From IMG/VR virus record IMGVR_UViG_3300015360_000023, positions 96,001-160,000 of that record: DNA of 64,000 nt; one strand, 5' to 3'. This stretch comes from a virus. Taxonomy: Duplodnaviria > Caudoviricetes. Position 1 is the stretch's first letter; each line of letters starts with the position of its first letter. Of this stretch, positions 37,351-45,955 are shown piece by piece. The notes beneath the pieces are model-generated. The model saw only the letters and a program-made list of their open reading frames with translations, ran no database searches and was not told the origin of the DNA. Made by a program: the position numbers and the translations under genes.

Positions 37351-38562
37351 ATGACTAATTTCGACGTTGGTATTATAGGGGCTGGGGTTGCTGGTGCTTT
37401 TGCTACCTTAAAGATGGCAAAAGATCATAAGAATGTTAAAACAATTCTATTTGATTTAGGCCGCCCCCCTATGAAGCGCAGGAGACAGCTTGAGGGCTGG
37501 CTAGGCTGCTTGCCAAATAGTGATGGAAAACTTTATCTAAGTGACTTAGATAAAATCACTGATTTAGTTGGTCTTAGAAAAAGTAAGGCATCTAATAATT
37601 GGTTCAAAAAAGTACTATCTAATGTAGGTGACTTTAAAGTTACTAAAGACCGTTCTCCTAACGTTGCAGTTGAGAAGCGACTTAAAAAGATTGGTTATGA
37701 TCTTTCATTGAATGATTATATTCAAATCTATCCTAAGGACATCCATGCCCTTTCTAAGCACATGTCTGAATTCATTGAAGATTATAAGAACATCACTTAT
37801 AGTTTTGACAATGAAGTTCGTGGCGTAACTATTCAGAAAAATATGTTTCTTGTTGAAACTGAAACACAAGTTTACAAGTGCAAGAAGCTAATCATTGCTG
37901 TTGGTCGTAGCGGCTGGCGCTGGGCTAGAGATCTATACAACAAGCTTGGCATTGTTGATAACAATGATATCGCTAAGTTTGGTATTAGAATTGAATTGAA
38001 TGCTCCTTTAATGAAAGAATTTAATCGTTCTAATTGTTCTATGACTAAGGGCACGGATATTGAAATTGGCCCATTTTCCTGGTTTGGCACAGTCATTCCA
38101 GAGGACCACGTTGACTTAGCTATCTCCGCTTTCCGTTCCAATGAGAATAGATGGAAGAGTGATAAAGTATCTTTTACTCTTATCGGTAACAGACCTTTTC
38201 CTAATGCTGGAGTTGAGCAAACAGATAGGTTAGGTAATCTAACTTTTGTTTTAGCTAATGATAGAATCATTAAAGAAAGAGTTGCTCATATTTTAACTGG
38301 TAAGAGCAAGATATCTATTATTCCAGAATACGATTGGTTGAAAGATACTATAAATGAATTGGCGCAAGCTATTCCAGAGGTAGCAACCAAAGCTTATTAT
38401 CATGTACCCACCATTACACCTACTGCTCCAAAAATCAATATTGGATCTAATTTAGAGACGGAAATTCCGGGTATGTTTGTAGTCGGTGAAAGTGCTGGAG
38501 TTCATGGTATCCTCAGTGCTGCCTGCATGGGAATAATAGCGGCAGATAATGTTTGTAAATAA
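37351..38562 (+). CDS. FAD-dependent oxidoreductase (COG2509/HI0933-like)
   Basis: GIIGAGVAG Rossmann motif, SDGKL, IIAVGRSG, GIRIE, IPGMFVVGESAG...AACMG. ATG 37351 preferred over TTG 37333. Confidence 0.8.
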   Translation: MTNFDVGIIGAGVAGAFATLKMAKDHKNVKTILFDLGRPPMKRRRQLEGWLGCLPNSDGKLYLSDLDKITDLVGLRKSKASNNWFKKVLSNVGDFKVTKDRSPNVAVEKRLKKIGYDLSLNDYIQIYPKDIHALSKHMSEFIEDYKNITYSFDNEVRGVTIQKNMFLVETETQVYKCKKLIIAVGRSGWRWARDLYNKLGIVDNNDIAKFGIRIELNAPLMKEFNRSNCSMTKGTDIEIGPFSWFGTVIPEDHVDLAISAFRSNENRWKSDKVSFTLIGNRPFPNAGVEQTDRLGNLTFVLANDRIIKERVAHILTGKSKISIIPEYDWLKDTINELAQAIPEVATKAYYHVPTITPTAPKINIGSNLETEIPGMFVVGESAGVHGILSAACMGIIAADNVCK

Positions 38563-38573
38563 GAGAGAATTAA

Positions 38574-38927
38574 ATGGCAGATCCAAAAACAACTGAACCC
38601 AGTATCACTCCTGTGACTGAAGAGTTTAAAGACCAAAATCAAAAGTATAATCTAAGTAAATTCGAATTCGATTTATATCATGAAGAAGATGATAAGGTTG
38701 AAAAAGTTATTAGAGTTAAAAGAGTTTCCATGCCCAATAAGGGAGAGAAGTGGAAAATCTTTGAAGATAGTAAAGTGATGTTCGTTTTAGAAGGAACAAA
38801 GCTAACTAATAAAGAAAAAGAATTTCTTCATACGGTTGACGGGATAAATTTTCTGATTAATCAATACAAGCAAGGAATTAAGTCATTTAATTCACTCAGA
38901 GCTGAACTCAAGAAAAAGTTAAAATAA
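38574..38927 (+). CDS. Hypothetical protein
   Basis: In-operon ORF. Confidence 0.75.
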   Translation: MADPKTTEPSITPVTEEFKDQNQKYNLSKFEFDLYHEEDDKVEKVIRVKRVSMPNKGEKWKIFEDSKVMFVLEGTKLTNKEKEFLHTVDGINFLINQYKQGIKSFNSLRAELKKKLK

Positions 38928-38933
38928 CTACTC

Positions 38934-38961
38934 TTGACACTCTTGTACTGATGCTTATGTT
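38934..38961 (+). promoter_or_regulatory. Sigma70-type promoter candidate
   Basis: TTGACA (38934-38939), 16-nt spacer, TATGTT (38956-38961), upstream of the GAGG RBS. Confidence 0.55.
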
Positions 38962-38978
38962 ATACACTTGAGGTGTCC

Positions 38979-39575
38979 ATGGATTACGTAATTTATGTAG
39001 TAGACGTTGAAACCACCGGCTTAGATGATCGTCTTAACGATATCATCGAGTTATCGATTCATCGTCTAACTGATGATGTTCAAAAAACTTGGTGTCTGAA
39101 GCCCTTCAACCCTGACGCTATTGACCCGGATTCTCTTAGAATCAACGGGCATAAGCGCGAAGATCTTCTGCATCAAACCAAAGAAGGTCGAGAACGATAT
39201 CTAGATCCGAACAGAGTTATCATTGATGCTGAGAATTGGATCATGGAAGATGGCGTTCCCAACACCCAAAGAATTCTGGCCGGACAGAACGTATCCTTCG
39301 ATAAGGGGTTTCTTGAGCAGCACTGGATTAAAGGTAAAGTAAAGGATTCATTTCCTTTTGGTAGAAGAACCCTCGACACCATGCAAATTGAATTCTTTAT
39401 GGATCTTTGCCGTGGTAAAATGTCAGAAGGTTATAGTCTCAAACTCTTGACCAAGAAGTACGGCCTTAAGAATGAAGCGGCCCACACCGCAGCGGCTGAC
39501 GTTAAGGTTACTAAAGATGTATTACTGAAGCAAATTGAAGTGTTCAAGAAGGCTTTAGCTACTTCTGGTGAATGA
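38979..39575 (+). CDS. DEDDh 3'-5' exonuclease (DnaQ/epsilon-like)
   Basis: Exo I VVDVETTG, Exo II GQNVSFD, Exo III AHTAAADV. ATG 38979 fits the GAGG RBS spacing. Confidence 0.88.
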   Translation: MDYVIYVVDVETTGLDDRLNDIIELSIHRLTDDVQKTWCLKPFNPDAIDPDSLRINGHKREDLLHQTKEGRERYLDPNRVIIDAENWIMEDGVPNTQRILAGQNVSFDKGFLEQHWIKGKVKDSFPFGRRTLDTMQIEFFMDLCRGKMSEGYSLKLLTKKYGLKNEAAHTAAADVKVTKDVLLKQIEVFKKALATSGE

Positions 39576-39578
39576 TGA

Positions 39579-40562
39579 ATGCTTAAAATTTTGTATGCGG
39601 CTTCTGAGAATGAGAATGCCAAAATTCAATTGACCAGATTTCTTCAAGCGATGGAAGGGAAGCCCTTTATCGTTAAGGTAGCCGCCTACAAAAAATCTAG
39701 CCCGGCAATTAATATTGATTGGACCCTTGATTGTCTCAAGAATATTTTTAAGCCAGAGTATGTGACATTAGATAATGACAATTTTGTAACCTATTATAAT
39801 CAGGTTAAGTATTATAATCCAGATTTGATTATTAGTGATTGTGAGTATTATACATCTCATATTGCAAGCGTTTTAGGAACCACCCTTTGGCAGTGTAGTT
39901 CTTCTATTATCAATTTTGCTCTTACTAATGACTACAAGTATAACTTAGGTATCTTTAAAAGATATGCGTATCTTTTTAACAAAAATCAAGTCCATATCCA
40001 GAGACTCACTAATATCCTGGACAATTCAAATTGCAATTTTCTATATTCTCATTTCGGAGATTGTTCATTGCCTCCTTCGATAAAAGAAGGGTTTGAATGG
40101 ATTCGCCCTTACCATCGAGTGGGTAAAGATTCGGTCTTGTGTCGCCACAATGTAATGGCTGGGACGCTTGGGAATAACAAAAAAATTCTAAGCCTATTAA
40201 AACAATATCCAGATTCAGTCTGTTTCACGGAATTCATGGGCGAGACCTATGAAAATCCTCGAATGAAGGATATAAGAGCGCAGGAAGAGTTCTCTTGTAA
40301 CCTCAGAAATTCTAATCTATTTGTGTGTGAAGGTCAGGCCAGTTTTCTAGCAGACGCTTTCTACAATAATAAGTACTCCGCAGTCTTTACCAATCTAGAA
40401 GATACCGAGTGTATTATCAATAGCATCATCTCTGAGAGATTAAAATTAAGTACTTCTATCTATCAAGCTACTGAAGATTTGTTCCCATTAATGGGTAAAA
40501 ACATTTTTTCTCATTTGAATGAGAAGGTTAAGTATTTGCATGAAAGAATTGAGGAATTGTGA
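39579..40562 (+). CDS. Divergent GT-B-fold glycosyltransferase-like protein (MJ1255/VC2487-like)
   Basis: MLKILYA start, NPDLIISDCEY, FVCEGQASFLADAFY resemble the KIL.../PDLIISDFE/GF..xxEA pattern of this family. Confidence 0.5.
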   Translation: MLKILYAASENENAKIQLTRFLQAMEGKPFIVKVAAYKKSSPAINIDWTLDCLKNIFKPEYVTLDNDNFVTYYNQVKYYNPDLIISDCEYYTSHIASVLGTTLWQCSSSIINFALTNDYKYNLGIFKRYAYLFNKNQVHIQRLTNILDNSNCNFLYSHFGDCSLPPSIKEGFEWIRPYHRVGKDSVLCRHNVMAGTLGNNKKILSLLKQYPDSVCFTEFMGETYENPRMKDIRAQEEFSCNLRNSNLFVCEGQASFLADAFYNNKYSAVFTNLEDTECIINSIISERLKLSTSIYQATEDLFPLMGKNIFSHLNEKVKYLHERIEEL

Positions 40563-41179
40563 AGTATATTGCATTAGATATTGGTAACGTTTTATGTTAT
40601 GCTAACATGACAAATTTCGTTAGAGATTTATCGGATACTTTCAACGTCTCTATTGGAGATGCCTCTCGCTACCTTAGGGGATTCCAACAGATTCATGATC
40701 TTGGATTAACCACAATGGAGCGTGAGCTACGAAGTCGCTTTAACTGTCATTCTGAAGTAACTATAGAAAGACTATGTAAGCTCTGGAATGATGCAGTACA
40801 TCCGTGTGTATCTATGTTAAGTATGCTAGATGAATTAAATGCACAACATGATGTGCAGATAGCTTTACTATCTAACATTGGCGTAGAACACGCGGCCATG
40901 ATGGATAGTAAACTTCATCCTATATATGATTACGCTATCCCACATTTCAGTTGTTTCGTGGGTGCTCGAAAGCCTACCATGTTATATTATCAGAGTTTTC
41001 TCATGCAATATCCAGAGTTCAAGGGATGTCTATATGTAGACGATCTTCAAGAAAACCTGGATGCTTCAAAACAATTTGGTTTTGATCCGTATCTATTTTC
41101 TCTAGAAGACGCCGATGTAGATGATAAGATTAGAGAAATCAGGGAGATTGTCTTAGATTCAGATGAATCTGAGGATTAA
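40559..41179 (+). CDS. HAD-superfamily phosphatase (HAD-IA, YihX-like)
   Basis: GTG start; ALDIGNV (motif I), LLSN, ARKP, YVDDLQENL. Confidence 0.85.
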   Translation: MKYIALDIGNVLCYANMTNFVRDLSDTFNVSIGDASRYLRGFQQIHDLGLTTMERELRSRFNCHSEVTIERLCKLWNDAVHPCVSMLSMLDELNAQHDVQIALLSNIGVEHAAMMDSKLHPIYDYAIPHFSCFVGARKPTMLYYQSFLMQYPEFKGCLYVDDLQENLDASKQFGFDPYLFSLEDADVDDKIREIREIVLDSDESED

Positions 41180-41221
41180 CTGATATATCTGTTATGTGGA
41201 GTAAGGTATAAAGGATTTAAT

Positions 41222-41710
41222 ATGAGTAATGAAGAGACCAAAAACAGATTTCAGGCACAAGGTAAGACTAAGGTTATCAAGGCAAGTATTCTAGCCCCAG
41301 AAAACGCAGGTTTGCGTTTCGTCCTTTCTATTACCAATCTAGCTGGAAAGCCAGATAATAACCCACTTTACCCTCTTTTCGAGAAGAAGTGGAAGAAGGT
41401 TCGTGAAGAGGCTCGCGGCTGGTATGCCACCAAGACTGGCGCATATAAGGTCGGCGCTATTCATACTACGGCCGTTCAAAGTGATACTTGGGTTCTTCAT
41501 ATGCTTTGCCAAGACGAGAACCTGGTAACTGATGTTGCTGGTCTTGAGAAATGTCTAAAGGAAGTTGCTAAGTCTGCTAAGTATGAACGTGCTACTGTGC
41601 ATGTTTCTAGTTTATTAACCAATGCTTTACCTGAACTTACTGGTTTATTGAAGACTCAGTTAGTTGATCAAGGCGTCAGCGTTTATTTCTACGATGAGCC
41701 ACAGGCCTAA
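41222..41710 (+). CDS. Macrodomain-like protein (Poa1p/TARG1-like), apparently degenerate
   Basis: Order of elements KKW..REEARGWY, VG...TAVQSDTWVLHMLCQ, LEKCLKEVAK, ATVHV, GVSVYFYD matches that fold; the GxGxxGG loop is absent. Confidence 0.55.
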   Translation: MSNEETKNRFQAQGKTKVIKASILAPENAGLRFVLSITNLAGKPDNNPLYPLFEKKWKKVREEARGWYATKTGAYKVGAIHTTAVQSDTWVLHMLCQDENLVTDVAGLEKCLKEVAKSAKYERATVHVSSLLTNALPELTGLLKTQLVDQGVSVYFYDEPQA

Positions 41711-41889
41711 TGGGCGAGCTGAAAAGAACCGTAACTATGACTGTTCCAGTAGGTGGTCATATTGCTGATTTAGTTTATTTTGTCAAGAGACTTGTTGCCC
41801 GTCATGGCGAGAAGGTTGTCAATCTAACTGATACAGAATTGGTTGATGCCGCCGATGATTTTTGGGATACTCAACACGGCGAGGACTAA
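41710..41889 (+). CDS. Small hypothetical protein (59 aa, MGELKRTVTM...), not in the ORF track
   Basis: TAATG coupling on both sides. Confidence 0.7.
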   Translation: MGELKRTVTMTVPVGGHIADLVYFVKRLVARHGEKVVNLTDTELVDAADDFWDTQHGED

Positions 41890-42266
41890 TGAAGCGCTCT
41901 AAAAAGAAGCTCCTTGCAAATAGAAAACTAACCATTATTAAGGTTTTACCAAAAGATGGGGTTGTTTCGGCTGAGGATTTAGATAGATGGCACTTCATGT
42001 TCAGGAATAATCTAATTGATTATCAAAGAGCTGCCTCCACAGGCGAAGTAGAAATACAAGAAATCGCAGTACCTAAACGAGGCGAACACTTCATTACCTT
42101 AGTTCGAGTTGGTGGCGGTGATTACTCCCCCACAACTGAAGACTTAGAACAATGGCGTAAAGTCTTTGAAGATGCTGCTAAAGATCCTGATTTCAAAATC
42201 TTTACGCATGAACACGTAAACATTGAAGTATTAGATATTCACGATATTATCGCCGTTGAGTCATAA
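41889..42266 (+). CDS. Hypothetical protein with internal duplication (EDLxxW motif twice)
   Basis: Start moved to 41889 (TAATG overlap). Repeats TIIKV...SAEDLDRWHFMF and TLVRV...TTEDLEQWRKVF. Confidence 0.7.
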   Translation: MKRSKKKLLANRKLTIIKVLPKDGVVSAEDLDRWHFMFRNNLIDYQRAASTGEVEIQEIAVPKRGEHFITLVRVGGGDYSPTTEDLEQWRKVFEDAAKDPDFKIFTHEHVNIEVLDIHDIIAVES

Positions 42267-42280
42267 TTATGCATTAATGC

Positions 42281-42664
42281 ATGGCTAAACTCAAACCAGG
42301 TGATCGTGTAGATTGTCGTGTTAAGGAAGCCACAATTGTCAGTCCTTATAAGGAATATGACGACGTATTAACATTTGAAGTAATAGGTATTGATCAATAT
42401 GGCTATTATCTTTATGTTCCACCATACTACTTTATTAAAAAGACTTTTACGGTAGATAAATACCAGTGTAAGAATTTAGGCGTTGACCCGCGTTTCTTAG
42501 ATGTTCAAGCTCATTATATTCAAGAGAACATGATTCTTAGGATTAACTCTGTTTTAGATGGTATGAAATGCTGTAATTGCGAGGAATTTTATTCTATGGC
42601 TGAACCTAATCAGGATGATGGAACGCTTATTTGCTGGTCTTGTCGTAAAAATCCATATCGCTAG
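42281..42664 (+). CDS. Hypothetical protein with SH3-like N-terminus and C-terminal zinc ribbon
   Basis: LKPGDRVDCRV; CCNC...CWSC. Confidence 0.7.
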   Translation: MAKLKPGDRVDCRVKEATIVSPYKEYDDVLTFEVIGIDQYGYYLYVPPYYFIKKTFTVDKYQCKNLGVDPRFLDVQAHYIQENMILRINSVLDGMKCCNCEEFYSMAEPNQDDGTLICWSCRKNPYR

Positions 42665-42678
42665 ACAGGCATTACAAT

Positions 42679-43368
42679 ATGGTACAGTCCGAAGATACAT
42701 ATATTTCCAGCCTTTTAGGTGAATTAAAGGAACTTTTCCCTAGCCAGAAAACTACCTCTCTCACACCAGCTCCTACTAGCACGGGTGGTTATCAAGCGCC
42801 TCTTAAAGGTTCTTGGAATAACTCTGGAGGTTTTGATGCTTCTGGAGCTTTACGCCCTAATGGTCGTAAGGGCCATGGCGGTGTTGATATGAGAGCCCCA
42901 GCAGGTACATCTATTTATCCTATGGCTCCAGGAGTTGTCTCCAGTGTCGGAACCGATCCGCTTGGAGGTAATGTAGTTAATGTTCAACATGCAGATAATG
43001 TTAGAACCTATTATGCTCATTGCTCTACTGTCAAAGTACAAAAGGGCGATAAGGTAGATTATGATACCGTACTTGGTACTGTAGGAGAAACTGGTAATGC
43101 TAAGGGTACCGTCCCTCATTGTCATTTTCAAGTTTGGAAAGACAATCAATTACAAGATCCTGCTAGATATTTTACTGTTCCTAAATATACTAATCTATCT
43201 GAAGATGAAAAGAAAAATGGTCTTTGGTCTGAAAAGGCTAGACAAGAGGCCGCCGCCTTCAATATGTCAGAGCACGTTCAAAAGGGCCGTAGTCGTGTTG
43301 CATTTACATCTGACGTCGACCAGCTCCTAAAGATTGCACACCAATTTTATAAGTTAACCTCAGGCTGA
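42679..43368 (+). CDS. M23-family metallopeptidase (peptidoglycan hydrolase)
   Basis: HGGVD (HxxxD), TYYAH, VQKGDKV, GETGNA, PHCH (HxH), DPARY. Confidence 0.9.
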   Translation: MVQSEDTYISSLLGELKELFPSQKTTSLTPAPTSTGGYQAPLKGSWNNSGGFDASGALRPNGRKGHGGVDMRAPAGTSIYPMAPGVVSSVGTDPLGGNVVNVQHADNVRTYYAHCSTVKVQKGDKVDYDTVLGTVGETGNAKGTVPHCHFQVWKDNQLQDPARYFTVPKYTNLSEDEKKNGLWSEKARQEAAAFNMSEHVQKGRSRVAFTSDVDQLLKIAHQFYKLTSG

Positions 43369-43683
43369 TTAACGGTCCTTCCAGGTGCCGATGATACCTA
43401 TGTTTTCTAAGGCGTTTCCGCTTGGCGGATCTAATAATGGTGTACCCATAGAGTGCCAATCCTCATATATTTGAGTAAAAGGATTCCAACCTTGCATTTT
43501 GTAATAGGTATTAAATCCTGTAGTTATGTTGGCGTTAGAATTAAAAAGGCCGCCTAAAACAGATGTTTGCCCACTTCCAATTGATGAAGTTAGATCTTGA
43601 CTACCAAGTGAGCCGGTACTTTGTCCTGTATATCCGGCAGCGTATACTAAATTCAATATATTTTGTTCAGTTATTAAAGCCAT
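43369..43683 (-). CDS. Small virion-associated protein with C-terminal YYK module
   Basis: YYKMQGWNP...DPPSGNALENIGIIGTW, shared with 47245..47820. Confidence 0.75.
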   Translation of the reverse strand: MALITEQNILNLVYAAGYTGQSTGSLGSQDLTSSIGSGQTSVLGGLFNSNANITTGFNTYYKMQGWNPFTQIYEDWHSMGTPLLDPPSGNALENIGIIGTWKDR

Positions 43684-43690
43684 ATTATCC

Positions 43691-45955
43691 TTATGGGGTT
43701 AATCCACTAGGTCCATTCCATTGTAAATATATTCCATTTTGTAAATGAAGCCAACGAGCACATCCGGTTGCTGTGCCACCACTTGTGTATGTTCCATTAC
43801 CTACAGAGTTATTTAATGTAAATTGGGTACTATTTAATACAGTAACTATCCAAGTACCATTAGCAGCGGTATTGCCTAAAACTCCAGATATGGTTACAGT
43901 TTGACCAGTTGTTAGAGCATTAGCTGCCGCAGTAATTTGGATAGGAGAAGCATTGGTGGCGGCAGAGATAGCGCGAGAGGTAACTTCATCTGATGTCAAA
44001 CTAAAATCACCAAAATTAGTTCTACCATTTCTTAATGCTGGAGCTGTTCCCATAAATCCAGGGTTGTAACTAAAAGGAGAGATAATTGCTGTAGTTAAAG
44101 TAACATCAGCAGTTGTTGCCCTCCACACTTCTATTGGTAAAATTTCAGTAGTGCTAGTAAATGGAGAGTCACCAGCATTAGCAGATAACATAGGATTGGT
44201 TGCTGAGGTGCCATCTAGATTCGCCCAACTTGTTAGTGCACAAAATTCAGGAGTATTAGTGCCTATAGTAACGCCAACATTAGTGGCCGCGCCCATTCTT
44301 AATCTAATAGTGCCGAAATCTGTTGTAGGCGCTCCGCCATAACAGAATATTCTGCTTGGATTATCTGGTAAAGGAGCCGGCTCATTATCAGATATCCCGA
44401 AAACCAACATCCCATTATTGCCACCTGTTTCTCTCATAAAAGCAGCAACATATTGGCCGTACCCATCTCCCACCATTGACATGCGAGAAACAAGAGTAAC
44501 ATGTCCGCCGCCTGGCACTGTGTTAGCAAGTGATGTATTTGAGGCAGAATTAATATCCATGAATTCTACTACATGGGTACTGGTTGCGCCAGCCGGAAAA
44601 TCTCCCGCCGAATTTCCGCCATAACCAACAGCAATAGATACGCAAGGTAAATTGGCGCCCATTGGCTCGGCACATATTCTTACTTGCCATGCAGAGCTAT
44701 GAGGGCTTTGTAAAATGATTCTGCTATTAGCTGTGTCCGGACCGCCAGTATATCCAAAAAGAGATAGTGTGCCACCTGAACCAAATGCACCACCAGCAAC
44801 AGAACCATTTAAAGAAAAGCGAGTACTATCGGTTGCCTGCGTAATAGTCCAAGTTCCGTTGGCATTTACATTACCAGTTCCACTGACAACAACCTTTTGT
44901 CCAGTTATCCATGTATGAGGGAAGTTACTGTCCCCCTGAATTACGATCGGAGTTGTGTTAGTCGATCCGCCGACCCCCCAGTTACCGCCATAAAATTTGG
45001 ATAAATAACCAGCAGCAATTACTTCTGTTTCATATAGCCACCAATCAATAGAATTAGTAGCTTCAACAGGGGGAGTTTCGGTTGATCTATAATCAATAAT
45101 GTATCTATTAAGATTAGCTACCTCACCACCAGTTGCCATAGTCCCGGTACCACCTGAACATCCTGTAAAAGTAGTTCCAGTTGTTCCCGTATAAGTAACT
45201 GTAGAAGTGTTAGTAGCTGTAGTAACAAAAATAGTCCCGCTGGCGGGGAATCCAGCCGTAGAGGCTACGTTGATAGTAGCTTGTGGTAGGGTGGCGCCAT
45301 TTGAAGCCGCCGCAATTGTAGTTGTATTGCCCGTATTACGAGCAGAAATCTTAAAGAGTCCGGTATTTTTAGTTGGGAAAGAATTACTTTTCAAAACCAA
45401 TATTTTACCAACATCGCCAACGACCACTTTTCTTTGAGTAATAGGGATAGAGACATCAAAAAATGATCCCGCTCCAAAATTAAGGCCAGCTCCATAACCA
45501 TCGGTTACCATACCTGAAGCATACAGAAATCCGGTAGTCATTGTTGCGGTGCTAGCCGTATAAGTGCCATTACCAAAAGTACCATATAGTGTTGCTTGAG
45601 TTGAATTTAAAACAGTTACTTTCCAAGTTCCATTGACAGCGCTATTACCAGTTCCGCCCGTAATGTTAACTACGTAACCATCTGATAATCCATGAGCAGA
45701 AGCAGTAGTAATTGTAATTGGCGTAGTATTGGTGGCAGCGGTAACAACAAGAGATTTAATGTTATTGTTATCCATGTTCCAGGAAGTTTGACCAACAACA
45801 GTGTATCCTAAAACTTTTTGTAGAAAAAGAGTTAGTTGATACATAAATCCAACATAAAACCTACCAGTATTATTTGTGCTAAAAGAGCCTCCAAAAGGTT
45901 GACTAACGTAACCTGAAGTAGTTGGATTATAATCTCTTGAGATAAAAATTGTCAT
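43691..45955 (-). CDS. Family A scaffold virion protein (A3) with three E1-FCCH-like modules and one TFTG module
   Basis: Core motifs RDY, LGYT, IDYR, WWLYE, RIILQSPH, NEP.PLP, PFTSTTE, GRTNF, HL..GIY..WNGP shared with 47830 and 51972. Confidence 0.8.
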   Translation of the reverse strand: MTIFISRDYNPTTSGYVSQPFGGSFSTNNTGRFYVGFMYQLTLFLQKVLGYTVVGQTSWNMDNNNIKSLVVTAATNTTPITITTASAHGLSDGYVVNITGGTGNSAVNGTWKVTVLNSTQATLYGTFGNGTYTASTATMTTGFLYASGMVTDGYGAGLNFGAGSFFDVSIPITQRKVVVGDVGKILVLKSNSFPTKNTGLFKISARNTGNTTTIAAASNGATLPQATINVASTAGFPASGTIFVTTATNTSTVTYTGTTGTTFTGCSGGTGTMATGGEVANLNRYIIDYRSTETPPVEATNSIDWWLYETEVIAAGYLSKFYGGNWGVGGSTNTTPIVIQGDSNFPHTWITGQKVVVSGTGNVNANGTWTITQATDSTRFSLNGSVAGGAFGSGGTLSLFGYTGGPDTANSRIILQSPHSSAWQVRICAEPMGANLPCVSIAVGYGGNSAGDFPAGATSTHVVEFMDINSASNTSLANTVPGGGHVTLVSRMSMVGDGYGQYVAAFMRETGGNNGMLVFGISDNEPAPLPDNPSRIFCYGGAPTTDFGTIRLRMGAATNVGVTIGTNTPEFCALTSWANLDGTSATNPMLSANAGDSPFTSTTEILPIEVWRATTADVTLTTAIISPFSYNPGFMGTAPALRNGRTNFGDFSLTSDEVTSRAISAATNASPIQITAAANALTTGQTVTISGVLGNTAANGTWIVTVLNSTQFTLNNSVGNGTYTSGGTATGCARWLHLQNGIYLQWNGPSGLTP

